Positions 8,911 to 16,909 of a stretch of 64,000 nt of DNA are shown one piece after another. The notes below the pieces were generated by a model, which worked only from the letters and a program-made list of their open reading frames with translations, was not told the DNA's origin and did no database searches. A program made the position numbers and the translations under genes. The stretch's first letter is position 1. Each line of letters begins with the position of its first letter. The stretch comes from Anaerolineae bacterium (lineage in GTDB: Bacteria > Chloroflexota > Anaerolineae > VGOG01): positions 15,975 through 79,974 of the forward strand of contig DAOUDK010000004.1 of the NCBI GenBank assembly GCA_034431315.1, given 5' to 3'.

Positions 8911-11901
8911 GTGAAAGACCAGGGTAAGACCCAAGAGCGGCTTATAAACGAACTGGCAGAGTTGCGCCAACGGGTCGCCGAGTTGGAAGCGGCGGATACC
9001 GAACAGGTGCGGGCGGAGAGGGCGCTGCAGGAGAGCGAGGAGAAATATCGGACCATGATCGAACAGTCCAATGACATGATCTGGACCTTGGACACGGAGG
9101 GCAGTCTTACTTTCTTTAACAAGCGCTCCGAGGAAATCAGCGGTCACCGATTCGAGGATTGGCGGGGCAAATCCTTCGCGCCGCTCATTGTGGAAGAAGA
9201 CTTGCCGCTTGTGGTGGACGTATTCCGTAGAACCCTGAACGGAGAGCCCCAGCACTACGAAGTGCGAGTGAGAAAAGAGGATGGGGACATTTTCACTCTC
9301 TCCGTCAATACCGCTCCCATCCTGGAAGCAGGTAAAGTCGTTGGCACTGTCAGTTTCGGGCGCGACATCACCGAGCGAGTGCAAGCGGGGAAGTCGCTGC
9401 GGGAGAGCGAGGAACGTTTCCAACAAGTAGCAGAAAATGCTCAGGAATGGATCTGGGAAGTAGATGCCCACGGTTTATATACCTATGCAAGTCCAGTAGT
9501 GGAAAAGATACTTGATTATAAACCCGAAGAAGTTGTGGGAAAAAAACACTTCTATGACCTATTCCATCCTGAGGATCGGGAAGAATTCAAGAAGGCAGCG
9601 TTTGAGGTGTTTGCCCAAAAGCAGCCTTTCCGCGAATTCACAAACCGGAATGTGCGCCAGGATGGCGAAACAGTCTGGCTCTCGACAAGCGGAGTTCCCA
9701 TACTCGATGAGGAGGGAACCCTTCTCGGATACAGAGGCGCAGACACAGACATCACCGAGCGCAAGCGGGCGGAGAGAGCGTTAGAGCGGCGGGCGAGCCA
9801 GTTGGCCACGGTGGGCGAGATTGGGCGGCAGATCGCTTCTATCCTCGACCGCGATGAGTTGCTGCACCAGATGGCGAACCTGCTAGAAGATGTCTTTGGC
9901 TATCGCTATGCTTACATCTTTTTGCTTGATGAAGACTCAGATGAGTTAGTGCTCAGAGCAGGGGCAGGGCCCGGAAGGCTGCTCGAAGGCACGCGGATTG
10001 CAGTTGAGGCGAGGTCAATCAACGCTTGGGTGGCGAGGACTGGCAAGCCCCTCCTGGCCAACGATGTTGCCAGGGAGCCTATGTATCTCCATCTTGAGGA
10101 GGTAGCAGATACAAAGTCGGAGTTGACGGTTCCCATCAAGGTCAAGGACCAGGTCATAGGAACGCTGGACGTTCAGAGCACGGAGCTTTACGCTTTCGAT
10201 GAGAGCGACCTGTTCACCCTTCAAGCCCTGGCCAGCCAGGCAGGGATCGCCATTGAGAACGCGCGGCTCTACGAGGAGACGAAGCGCCGCGCTGAGGAGA
10301 TGACCAGTGTGTACAACATCAGTGTCGCCACCACCTCCACCCTCAGCCTGGATGAGGTGCTGAAGTCGGTCTGCGAGCAGGTCAGCCGCTTGATGGAGGT
10401 GTCCAGCTTCTACATCGCCCTCTACGATGCAGGTAGGGAGGAGCTATCTTTCGAGTTGGCCCTTGATGAGGGGGTGCCCGTGGAGAAGTTCACCCGCAAG
10501 CTGGCCGACGGTGCCGGCCTGAGCGGGTGGATCGTCCAGTCGAAGCAGTCCCTCCTGATCAGGGACGCGGAGAGAGAGGAGTTCCCGGTGGGGGCCATCG
10601 TTGTCGGTTTGCCGGCCCGCTCCTGGCTGGGCGTGCCCCTCTTGTACATGGACCAGGTGGTGGGCGTTATGGGCGTGCAGAGCTACCAGCCCCACGCCTT
10701 CGACGAGAACGACCAGCAGCTCCTGTCTACCATCGCTGCCCAGGTAGCCATCGCTATCGAGAACGCGCGGCTCTTCGCCGAAACCAATGGAAGGACCAAC
10801 GACCTGGCTCTTCTCCTCGGCACCAGCACCGCCATCTCCTCCACCCTCGACCTGGATCAGATCCTGAAAACTGTGGCCCGACAGATCATCACCTCGCTGG
10901 TGGCCACCTTGTGCCGCATCACCTTACTGGATGAGGCAGGGGAGAATCTGGTCATCCGTGCTGTTTACCCCATTCGAGAACAGGAAGCGCAAGATGACCT
11001 CGGCCGGCGATTCCCCCTGGCCATGGTCCCCTGGCACAGGCAGGTGATCGAGACCGGCCAGCCGGTCGTCCTGCGCCAGGACGTGCCAGAGTTGGCCCTG
11101 TCGGACGAGGAGCGCAAGCTGGCCCTGACCGAGGGGGTGAAATCGGCCGCTCTGATTCCCTTGATCGTGGGGGGACGAGTGCTGGGCGTTATCTCCCTGG
11201 CAGAGGAACGGGACTGGGAGCGCAGCCCCTTCACCCCGGAGAAAGTAGCGCTTTGCCAGAGTATCGCCGCCCAGGCAGCGGTGGCCATCGAGAACGCCCA
11301 CCTGTACGAGGAACTCCAGCAAAGCTTCATTCAGACCATCGCTGCCCTGGCTGCGGCAGTGGACGCCAAGGATCCCTACACCGGCGGCCATTCCCAGCGC
11401 ACCACGGAGTTGGCTGCGGCCATTGCCCAGGAACTGGGGTTGGACGACGAGGAGGTCGAGTTGATCCGCTATGCCTGCCTATTGCATGACGTGGGCAAGA
11501 TCGGCATCAGCGAGGAGATCCTGCTCAAGCCAGGACCCCTGAATGCGGAGGAGTGGGAAGTAGTCCGCAGGCATCCCGCTCTTGGTGCTAGCATCGTGGA
11601 GAGGGCTGCTTTGCTATACGAGATGGTGCCGATTATTCTGCACCATCACGAGCGCTACGATGGTCAGGGCTATCCGGAGGGATTGAGGGGAGAGGACATT
11701 CCCTTCAAAGCTCGCATCCTGGCGGTGGCCGATGCCTACGAGGCCATGACGTCCGACCGGGCCTACCGGCCGGCCATGACGGTGCAGCAGGCTCTGGCCA
11801 CCTTGCGGGAGGGGGCGGACAGGCAGTGGGATGGCAAGGTGGTGGAGGTTCTTAACAGGATCATCCGAGAACAAGACTCAGTGGATCCAAAATCGCTCTG
11901 A
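8911..11901 (+). CDS. HD-GYP c-di-GMP phosphodiesterase: 2x PAS, 3x GAF, HD-GYP
   Basis: LLHDVGKI and HHERYDGQGYP. Start at GTG 8911, 7 nt after AGGAGGT. Confidence 0.92.
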   Translation: MKDQGKTQERLINELAELRQRVAELEAADTEQVRAERALQESEEKYRTMIEQSNDMIWTLDTEGSLTFFNKRSEEISGHRFEDWRGKSFAPLIVEEDLPLVVDVFRRTLNGEPQHYEVRVRKEDGDIFTLSVNTAPILEAGKVVGTVSFGRDITERVQAGKSLRESEERFQQVAENAQEWIWEVDAHGLYTYASPVVEKILDYKPEEVVGKKHFYDLFHPEDREEFKKAAFEVFAQKQPFREFTNRNVRQDGETVWLSTSGVPILDEEGTLLGYRGADTDITERKRAERALERRASQLATVGEIGRQIASILDRDELLHQMANLLEDVFGYRYAYIFLLDEDSDELVLRAGAGPGRLLEGTRIAVEARSINAWVARTGKPLLANDVAREPMYLHLEEVADTKSELTVPIKVKDQVIGTLDVQSTELYAFDESDLFTLQALASQAGIAIENARLYEETKRRAEEMTSVYNISVATTSTLSLDEVLKSVCEQVSRLMEVSSFYIALYDAGREELSFELALDEGVPVEKFTRKLADGAGLSGWIVQSKQSLLIRDAEREEFPVGAIVVGLPARSWLGVPLLYMDQVVGVMGVQSYQPHAFDENDQQLLSTIAAQVAIAIENARLFAETNGRTNDLALLLGTSTAISSTLDLDQILKTVARQIITSLVATLCRITLLDEAGENLVIRAVYPIREQEAQDDLGRRFPLAMVPWHRQVIETGQPVVLRQDVPELALSDEERKLALTEGVKSAALIPLIVGGRVLGVISLAEERDWERSPFTPEKVALCQSIAAQAAVAIENAHLYEELQQSFIQTIAALAAAVDAKDPYTGGHSQRTTELAAAIAQELGLDDEEVELIRYACLLHDVGKIGISEEILLKPGPLNAEEWEVVRRHPALGASIVERAALLYEMVPIILHHHERYDGQGYPEGLRGEDIPFKARILAVADAYEAMTSDRAYRPAMTVQQALATLREGADRQWDGKVVEVLNRIIREQDSVDPKSL

Positions 11902-11956
11902 GGGGATTGTCAAATCCCCGCTTTTCGCCTGGATCTGACGATCCAGGCCGAGCAGA
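11887..11956. repeat. 70-bp double-hairpin dispersed repeat, copy 1
   Basis: 62/70 identical to 37481-37550. Confidence 0.9.
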
Positions 11957-11993
11957 ATTGGATCTACTGAGACTATTGTGAGGAGGTAGAGAG

Positions 11994-13349
11994 ATGAAAA
12001 AGCCGCATCTTGTTCTAACTTTGGCGTTGGCCCTGGGTTTGTTGGTGGGCCTGACCACAGGCGCCACTGTTTCGGCTGCCTATCCCGGCAAGAAGATCCA
12101 GATTCCCAGCATCAACGTCGAGAATGGCTGGAGCACCTGGATAAATGCGCAGAACGTGGGGGATGACGATACCGGGGCGGTTGTTTTCTTCTGGGGGGAG
12201 TATTCGGAACAGTGTCCACCCAATTCTCCTGGCCCCGCCGCAGTCATGTGTCAGACAATCGTCCAGCACGGCGTTTGGACGCTGCGAAGTGTTATCCCCA
12301 CCGAGGCCAAGGCGGCCATCATCTACTCGGTAGACAAGGACGTCTTCGATGAAGCCTGCCGGGATGCCGTTGACGCCATCGGCGACGACTCCGCCTGGAC
12401 GCAGTGGAAAGCTGCCTACCAGGGCACCGGCCAGCCCCTGGCAGTGGGTGTTATGCGCTTTGGCCCCAACGGCTCTTCCAGCGACTACGTTGGCATCTCT
12501 GAGGCCATGGAGGGGGAGTATCCCTATGGGTACTATGCTCTCCTTCTTAAGAAAGAGTACCAGGGCCAGAACGCCCAGCTTTCCATTCAGAACTCAGGCC
12601 GATACTGCGTCTCCGTCTTGGTCGAGTACAGAGAAAGCGACACCTGTCAGCTCGTCCACACCCAGCACTTCGAGGCGCTGGCGCCAGGTGAGGCCTTGCA
12701 TCTGAAGATGGAGGACATTGAGGCGATACCCACCAACTGGCTGGGGACAGCGTTCGTCACGGCGAGCCAACCGCTGGGAGTCGTCGTGGAGCATAGCAAC
12801 GTCCCGCCAACTCCCACCAGCACGGCAACACCGACCCCCACCCCCACCCCCACGCCAACGCCGACTCCAACGGGCACGTCAATGCCGACGGCTACGCTTA
12901 CCAGCACCCCAACGCCGACTCCCACTGGCACGACCACGACGGCCACTGCTACATCCACAGCAACTGCTACACCTACGGTGATCGTAGCTGCAAATTTCGA
13001 TGTGTATATACCTCTCGTCATCAAAGAGCCCAGCCCTGAACCTACAGTGAGTAACTTGCACATGAGTAGTGCTCCTTATGGCCCGCCCGTGACCCAATTC
13101 CCGCCGGGGACAGCCGTCGTCTACGCGGTCTTCAGCTATTCTTACATGCAGGACGACGAGATCAGGGTAAGGGTTCATGACCAGGTAGGCCGTCTCTTAT
13201 TCGAACAGATTGAGACTTATACAGGCTCTGGGACAGAGTCTATAGAGGTATCGGGTCCCGAGGGAGCCTTCCCCGATGGGCGGTATCTTACCATTTTGTA
13301 CAGAGGTTTGTGGCCGATTGAGACTATCCTCTGGGATGTGGGCAGTTAG
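11994..13349 (+). CDS. Secreted protein of unknown function with a Thr/Pro-rich linker and an internal VYIPLV motif
   Basis: Signal peptide, beta-rich N-domain, (TP)n linker, FDVYIPLVIK, small C-terminal beta domain. Confidence 0.75.
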   Translation: MKKPHLVLTLALALGLLVGLTTGATVSAAYPGKKIQIPSINVENGWSTWINAQNVGDDDTGAVVFFWGEYSEQCPPNSPGPAAVMCQTIVQHGVWTLRSVIPTEAKAAIIYSVDKDVFDEACRDAVDAIGDDSAWTQWKAAYQGTGQPLAVGVMRFGPNGSSSDYVGISEAMEGEYPYGYYALLLKKEYQGQNAQLSIQNSGRYCVSVLVEYRESDTCQLVHTQHFEALAPGEALHLKMEDIEAIPTNWLGTAFVTASQPLGVVVEHSNVPPTPTSTATPTPTPTPTPTPTPTGTSMPTATLTSTPTPTPTGTTTTATATSTATATPTVIVAANFDVYIPLVIKEPSPEPTVSNLHMSSAPYGPPVTQFPPGTAVVYAVFSYSYMQDDEIRVRVHDQVGRLLFEQIETYTGSGTESIEVSGPEGAFPDGRYLTILYRGLWPIETILWDVGS

Positions 13350-13354
13350 TGAGC

Positions 13355-13383
13355 TTGCCTTTCTCACGTGCAGTGAGTATAAT
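13355..13383 (+). promoter_or_regulatory. Sigma70-type promoter
   Basis: TTGCCT-17 nt-TATAAT upstream of acyP. Confidence 0.75.
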
Positions 13384-13406
13384 ACTTTTGGCCGAGGTGA
13401 TGAGAC

Positions 13407-13685
13407 ATGGCTAAGAAAAGAGCCCACGTCTTCGTCAGCGGTTGGGTGCAGGGCGTCTTCTTCCGGGGCGAGACCCGCGATCTAGCCCGTCAGTTGGGCG
13501 TGACCGGCTGGGTCAGGAACCTGTGGGACGGAAGGGTGGAGGCCGTCTTCGAGGGGGAGGACTGGGCCGTCGAGCGGCTGGTAGCCTGGTGCCACCGCGG
13601 GCCGCGCGGGGCGCACGTGGATGATGTTGACGTAACTTATGAGGACTACACCGGAGAGTACGGGACTTTCAGCGTGCGCTATTGA
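13407..13685 (+). CDS. acyP: Acylphosphatase
   Basis: VSGWVQGVFFR and GVTGWVRNLWDGRVE signature motifs. Confidence 0.95.
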   Translation: MAKKRAHVFVSGWVQGVFFRGETRDLARQLGVTGWVRNLWDGRVEAVFEGEDWAVERLVAWCHRGPRGAHVDDVDVTYEDYTGEYGTFSVRY

Positions 13686-13705
13686 AGGCTGTGAAGGGTG
13701 ATGGT

Positions 13706-13771
13706 ATATGACAGCGAATCAAGAGGATTGACCGAATTCCATTCGGTAAATCCTTGAATTCGTTGTCATAT
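13706..13771. repeat. Palindromic element of the ACAACGAAT family
   Basis: Arms atatgacagcgaatcaagaggattgaccgaat / attcggtaaatccttgaattcgttgtcatat. Confidence 0.8.
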
Positions 13772-13812
13772 TTTCATGCGTTCCACAAATAAAACTCAAG
13801 GAGGAAGCAGCA

Positions 13813-14763
13813 ATGAAAATGGACAAGGTTTCACAAGCAATGGAGAAGGTGGGCATACCCGGCCGGGATGCCTACGATCTCCCCACCAGCCCGAAGCGTT
13901 TTCCCGACGGGGCCTGGTACCGGATGGAAATCTCCGGCATCGAACGCCCCAAAGTGCTGGAGGCCGTCATTGACGAGTCGCAGAAGCGGAACATGCCCAT
14001 CCACCGCTTGATCTCGGTGGTGATGGGGGCCACCCTTTTGGACAAGGCGGAGCTCAAAGACTTCGCCCAGATGGCCGCTGACGCCAGGATGGAGGTCATC
14101 CTGACCCCTGGCCCGCGCTCTGCCTGGGACACGGGGCGGCAGTTGGTCACTCCAGAGGGGGGGCTCTCCGGCCTGCGCTTCCGTGGCTCCGACCAGTTGC
14201 AGCAAGTCATCACCGATATCATGACCTGCATTGATATCGGCTTTCGGGGCTTCCTGGTAATTGACGAGGGGCTGCTCTGGCTCCTCAACGAGCTGAGGAA
14301 AAACGGCGACATCCCGGAGGACGTGGTCTTCAAGGTCTCCATCTATGCCGGCCATGCCTCGGCCGCGGGAGGCAGGGTGCTGCAAATGCTGGGGGCGGGC
14401 ACGTTTAACCCCGTGGCCGACCTCAGCCTGCCCCAGTTCGCTTCCATCCGGCAGGCCATTGACATCCCGCTGGATATCCACATCATTCTCACCGAGTCCT
14501 TCGGCGGATACATCCGCATCTACGATGGCCCGGAGATGGCTCGCCTGTGTGCGCCCTGCTACTTCAAGATCGAGCCGGGCCCGGCGTGCGCGGCCGGGCC
14601 GGGGGCTCTCTACAAGCCGTGGGTGGATGAGGGGATGTTGGCCGATTGGGGCCGCGTGAAAGTGAAATACGCCCAGATCATCCACGAGATCATCCAGGAG
14701 AACTTCCCTGAGGCCACGATGTCGGAGCTGGGGCCTGCGGATCTGGCCATACCGAAGCCATAG
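13813..14763 (+). CDS. Conserved hypothetical protein, probably a U32-peptidase-like TIM barrel
   Basis: LPTSPKRFPDGAWYRMEISG N-terminus resembles proteins I recall being annotated U32-like. The canonical four-Cys U32 motif is not visible, so the family call is tentative; the ORF itself is solid (GGAGG RBS, 316 aa). Confidence 0.5.
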   Translation: MKMDKVSQAMEKVGIPGRDAYDLPTSPKRFPDGAWYRMEISGIERPKVLEAVIDESQKRNMPIHRLISVVMGATLLDKAELKDFAQMAADARMEVILTPGPRSAWDTGRQLVTPEGGLSGLRFRGSDQLQQVITDIMTCIDIGFRGFLVIDEGLLWLLNELRKNGDIPEDVVFKVSIYAGHASAAGGRVLQMLGAGTFNPVADLSLPQFASIRQAIDIPLDIHIILTESFGGYIRIYDGPEMARLCAPCYFKIEPGPACAAGPGALYKPWVDEGMLADWGRVKVKYAQIIHEIIQENFPEATMSELGPADLAIPKP

Positions 14764-14776
14764 GCAGAAAGCGTTC

Positions 14777-14874
14777 AGGTGCCAGGCACTTTCATCGGCT
14801 TCTTCGGGGCCATAGTGCCTCCAGGCCAGGCAAGCTTACTCAATCAGTCGGCTATTTGCAAGTGCCTGGCACCT
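14777..14874. repeat. Palindromic element with AGGTGCCAGGCACTT termini
   Basis: Perfect 15-bp inverted repeat, 14777-14791 / 14860-14874. Confidence 0.85.
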
Positions 14875-14896
14875 TGATTGAAAAGGAGCAATGCGC

Positions 14897-16336
14897 ATGA
14901 GCAATGTATCGCAGCAAAGCAAGCTACCCTTCCCCCCCGGCGTCTTCCCCGCCCTGGTGACGCCTTTCGACAAGGACGAGGAAGTGGACGAGAGCGCGTT
15001 TCGCGGGCTCATCCGCCACGTGATTGATGACGTGGACGGGCTGGTGCCCTGCGGCACCACTGGCGAGTTTCCCTACCTGTCGGTGGAAGAGCAGAAGCGG
15101 CTGGTGGAGATCGCCGTCGAGGAATCGCAAGGCAAGCCTGTTATCGCCGGCACAGGGGCTCCCTCGACTCGCCAGGCTATCGAACTGGCGAGAAACGCCA
15201 AAGAGGCCGGAGCCAGCGCGTGCCTGGTGGTGACGCCCTACTTCCTTCACCCCTCGGACAAGGGCATCTACCAGCACTTCTACGAGCTCGCCCAGGCGGT
15301 GGACATCCCCATCATCCTGTACAACATCCCCCAGGTGGTGGACGCCTACTTGCCCCGCACCGTCGTCGAGGACCTGGCCGACGTTGACAACATCGTGGCC
15401 CTGAAGGACTCCTCCGGCAATCTGACCTACACCATGGAAGTGCTGGAGATGGTGCAGGGGCGCATTGACGTTTTCATCGGCCACGACGAGGTGGTGCTGC
15501 CCGCCCTGGCCGGGGGCTGCTCTGGGATGATCCTGGCCAGCGCCAACGTCTTCCCTGAGGTCTGGCAGCGGGTCTTGGAGGCAGTGCGGGAGGGCGATTT
15601 GGCTACTGCTCGAAAGTGGCAGATGAGGGTGCAGAAACTGGCCCGCATCTTCTGCCGTCACGGCGGCGGAGTGGCAGTCAAGGCGGCCCTCAACATAATG
15701 GGGGTCAAGGTCGGACGGCCGCGCCGCCCGCTGAAGTCCACGGGCGGGGCTTTGATCCATGAGACGCGAGCCGAGATCCGAATGGAGCTGGAGAAGTTGG
15801 GCAAGATCGAAATCCAAAGCTCAAAGTTCAAAATCCAAAGCGGGGCATTGCAGGAGCGGTTTGGGGATTTGGGATTGACGGCGGAGGTGATTCGGGATGC
15901 CGGACTGCGGATGGGGACTGGGTCGGCGGGGGAGGGGGCGGAGTGGGTGCAGCTCGATCTGGTGGCCGGGCCGAAGGCGGGGCCGCTGGGCGATGCCTAC
16001 GCCTATCAACTGACCTATCCCCTCCATCGTCGCGAGGCACTGACCACCATCCTGGAGCCGAACCTCACCGTGCGGCCGTCAACGCTGATCTTGCCTGCGC
16101 TGGAGCAGAAAAACCTGCGCCAGGCCAACATGATCTACGGGCCGACCCAGGCAGCAGTGGCCAAGGCCATCGTGGACGCTTTGGAGCGGGCTGTGATCCC
16201 GGTGGCGGCCATGGACGAGGAGGTGATGATCGTCCTGGCCACAGTGGATCCAAAGGCCCTGGATCGCCACGCTCTCTACCAGAACGTGTACGCGGCGATG
16301 GGGGAGGCCATCAAAAAGGCTTTCGGTGGCCCATGA
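14897..16336 (+). CDS. DapA-family class I aldolase fused to a degenerate Fae-like domain
   Basis: FPALVTPF, GTTGE, ILYNIP, Schiff-base ALKDSSG. The C-terminal ~140 aa resemble Fae (LDLVAGPKAGPLG, PNLTVRPSTLILP, MIYGPTQAAVAKAIVD), but AHIDL appears as VQLDL. Start at ATG 14897 by RBS spacing. Confidence 0.85.
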   Translation: MSNVSQQSKLPFPPGVFPALVTPFDKDEEVDESAFRGLIRHVIDDVDGLVPCGTTGEFPYLSVEEQKRLVEIAVEESQGKPVIAGTGAPSTRQAIELARNAKEAGASACLVVTPYFLHPSDKGIYQHFYELAQAVDIPIILYNIPQVVDAYLPRTVVEDLADVDNIVALKDSSGNLTYTMEVLEMVQGRIDVFIGHDEVVLPALAGGCSGMILASANVFPEVWQRVLEAVREGDLATARKWQMRVQKLARIFCRHGGGVAVKAALNIMGVKVGRPRRPLKSTGGALIHETRAEIRMELEKLGKIEIQSSKFKIQSGALQERFGDLGLTAEVIRDAGLRMGTGSAGEGAEWVQLDLVAGPKAGPLGDAYAYQLTYPLHRREALTTILEPNLTVRPSTLILPALEQKNLRQANMIYGPTQAAVAKAIVDALERAVIPVAAMDEEVMIVLATVDPKALDRHALYQNVYAAMGEAIKKAFGGP

Positions 16337-16459
16337 GCCGCGGGGCATAGCCGTTTGTTGGGTAATGAGTCAACGAGTAATGTGTTAACGAGGTACTCGT
16401 TATCTATCAACTTTCCTTAACAAATTTCATAGCACGTCAAAGCGGGGGGATGAGTGGAA

Positions 16460-16548
16460 CTGTCAACGGATTCGGGGAGCGGATTGAACGGATTAGGGCT
16501 CCGTGCGTGGCATCTTCCGTTCAATCCGTTCCAAAAATCCGCTGACAG
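16460..16548. repeat. Palindromic element (CTGTCAACGGATT termini)
   Basis: 33-nt arms at 16460-16492 and 16516-16548, 28/33 complementary. Confidence 0.8.
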
Positions 16549-16608
16549 TGTTCTGCATCTTCTATCCCCCCTGCTTTGGGGTGCTAAGACAAATTTGGAG
16601 GTAACATA

Positions 16609-16803
16609 ATGAGAGAATGTGAACAAGACAAGAACCTGGCCAAGTGCGCTTGCACCTACGAGCCTTGCAGCCGCAAGGGGCTATGCTGTGAGTGCATCAT
16701 GTACCACAAGCGATACGGCGAGTTGCCCGGCTGTCTGTTCCCGCCAGAGGTGGAGCGAACCTACGACCGCAGCATCGCCCGCTTCGTCAGCATCCACAAG
16801 TAG
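16609..16803 (+). CDS. Small Cys-rich protein, DUF6485-like
   Basis: CACTYEPCSRKGLCCECIMYH...LPGCLFP...ERTYDRSI; 8 Cys in 64 aa; GGAGGT RBS. Confidence 0.75.
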   Translation: MRECEQDKNLAKCACTYEPCSRKGLCCECIMYHKRYGELPGCLFPPEVERTYDRSIARFVSIHK

Positions 16804-16806
16804 ACG

Positions 16807-16888
16807 TGTCATTGCGAGGCGCGGTTTTTGCGACGAAGCAATCCCCTCCATGGTGGAGATTGCTTCGCACAAACCGCTCGCAATGACA
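16807..16888. repeat. GTCATTGCGAG...CTCGCAATGAC palindromic element, copy 1
   Basis: Nested arms TGTCATTGCGAG/CTCGCAATGACA and CGAAGCAATC/GATTGCTTCG; second copy at 36309-36388. Confidence 0.9.
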
Positions 16889-16909
16889 CAGATCACAAAG
16901 GAGGCCATT

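Noticed and set aside
16619-16909. Long N-terminal extension of the second DapA-Fae ORF
   Set aside because: It reads through the DUF6485 gene in another frame and through a palindromic repeat; GTG 16910 has a proper RBS.
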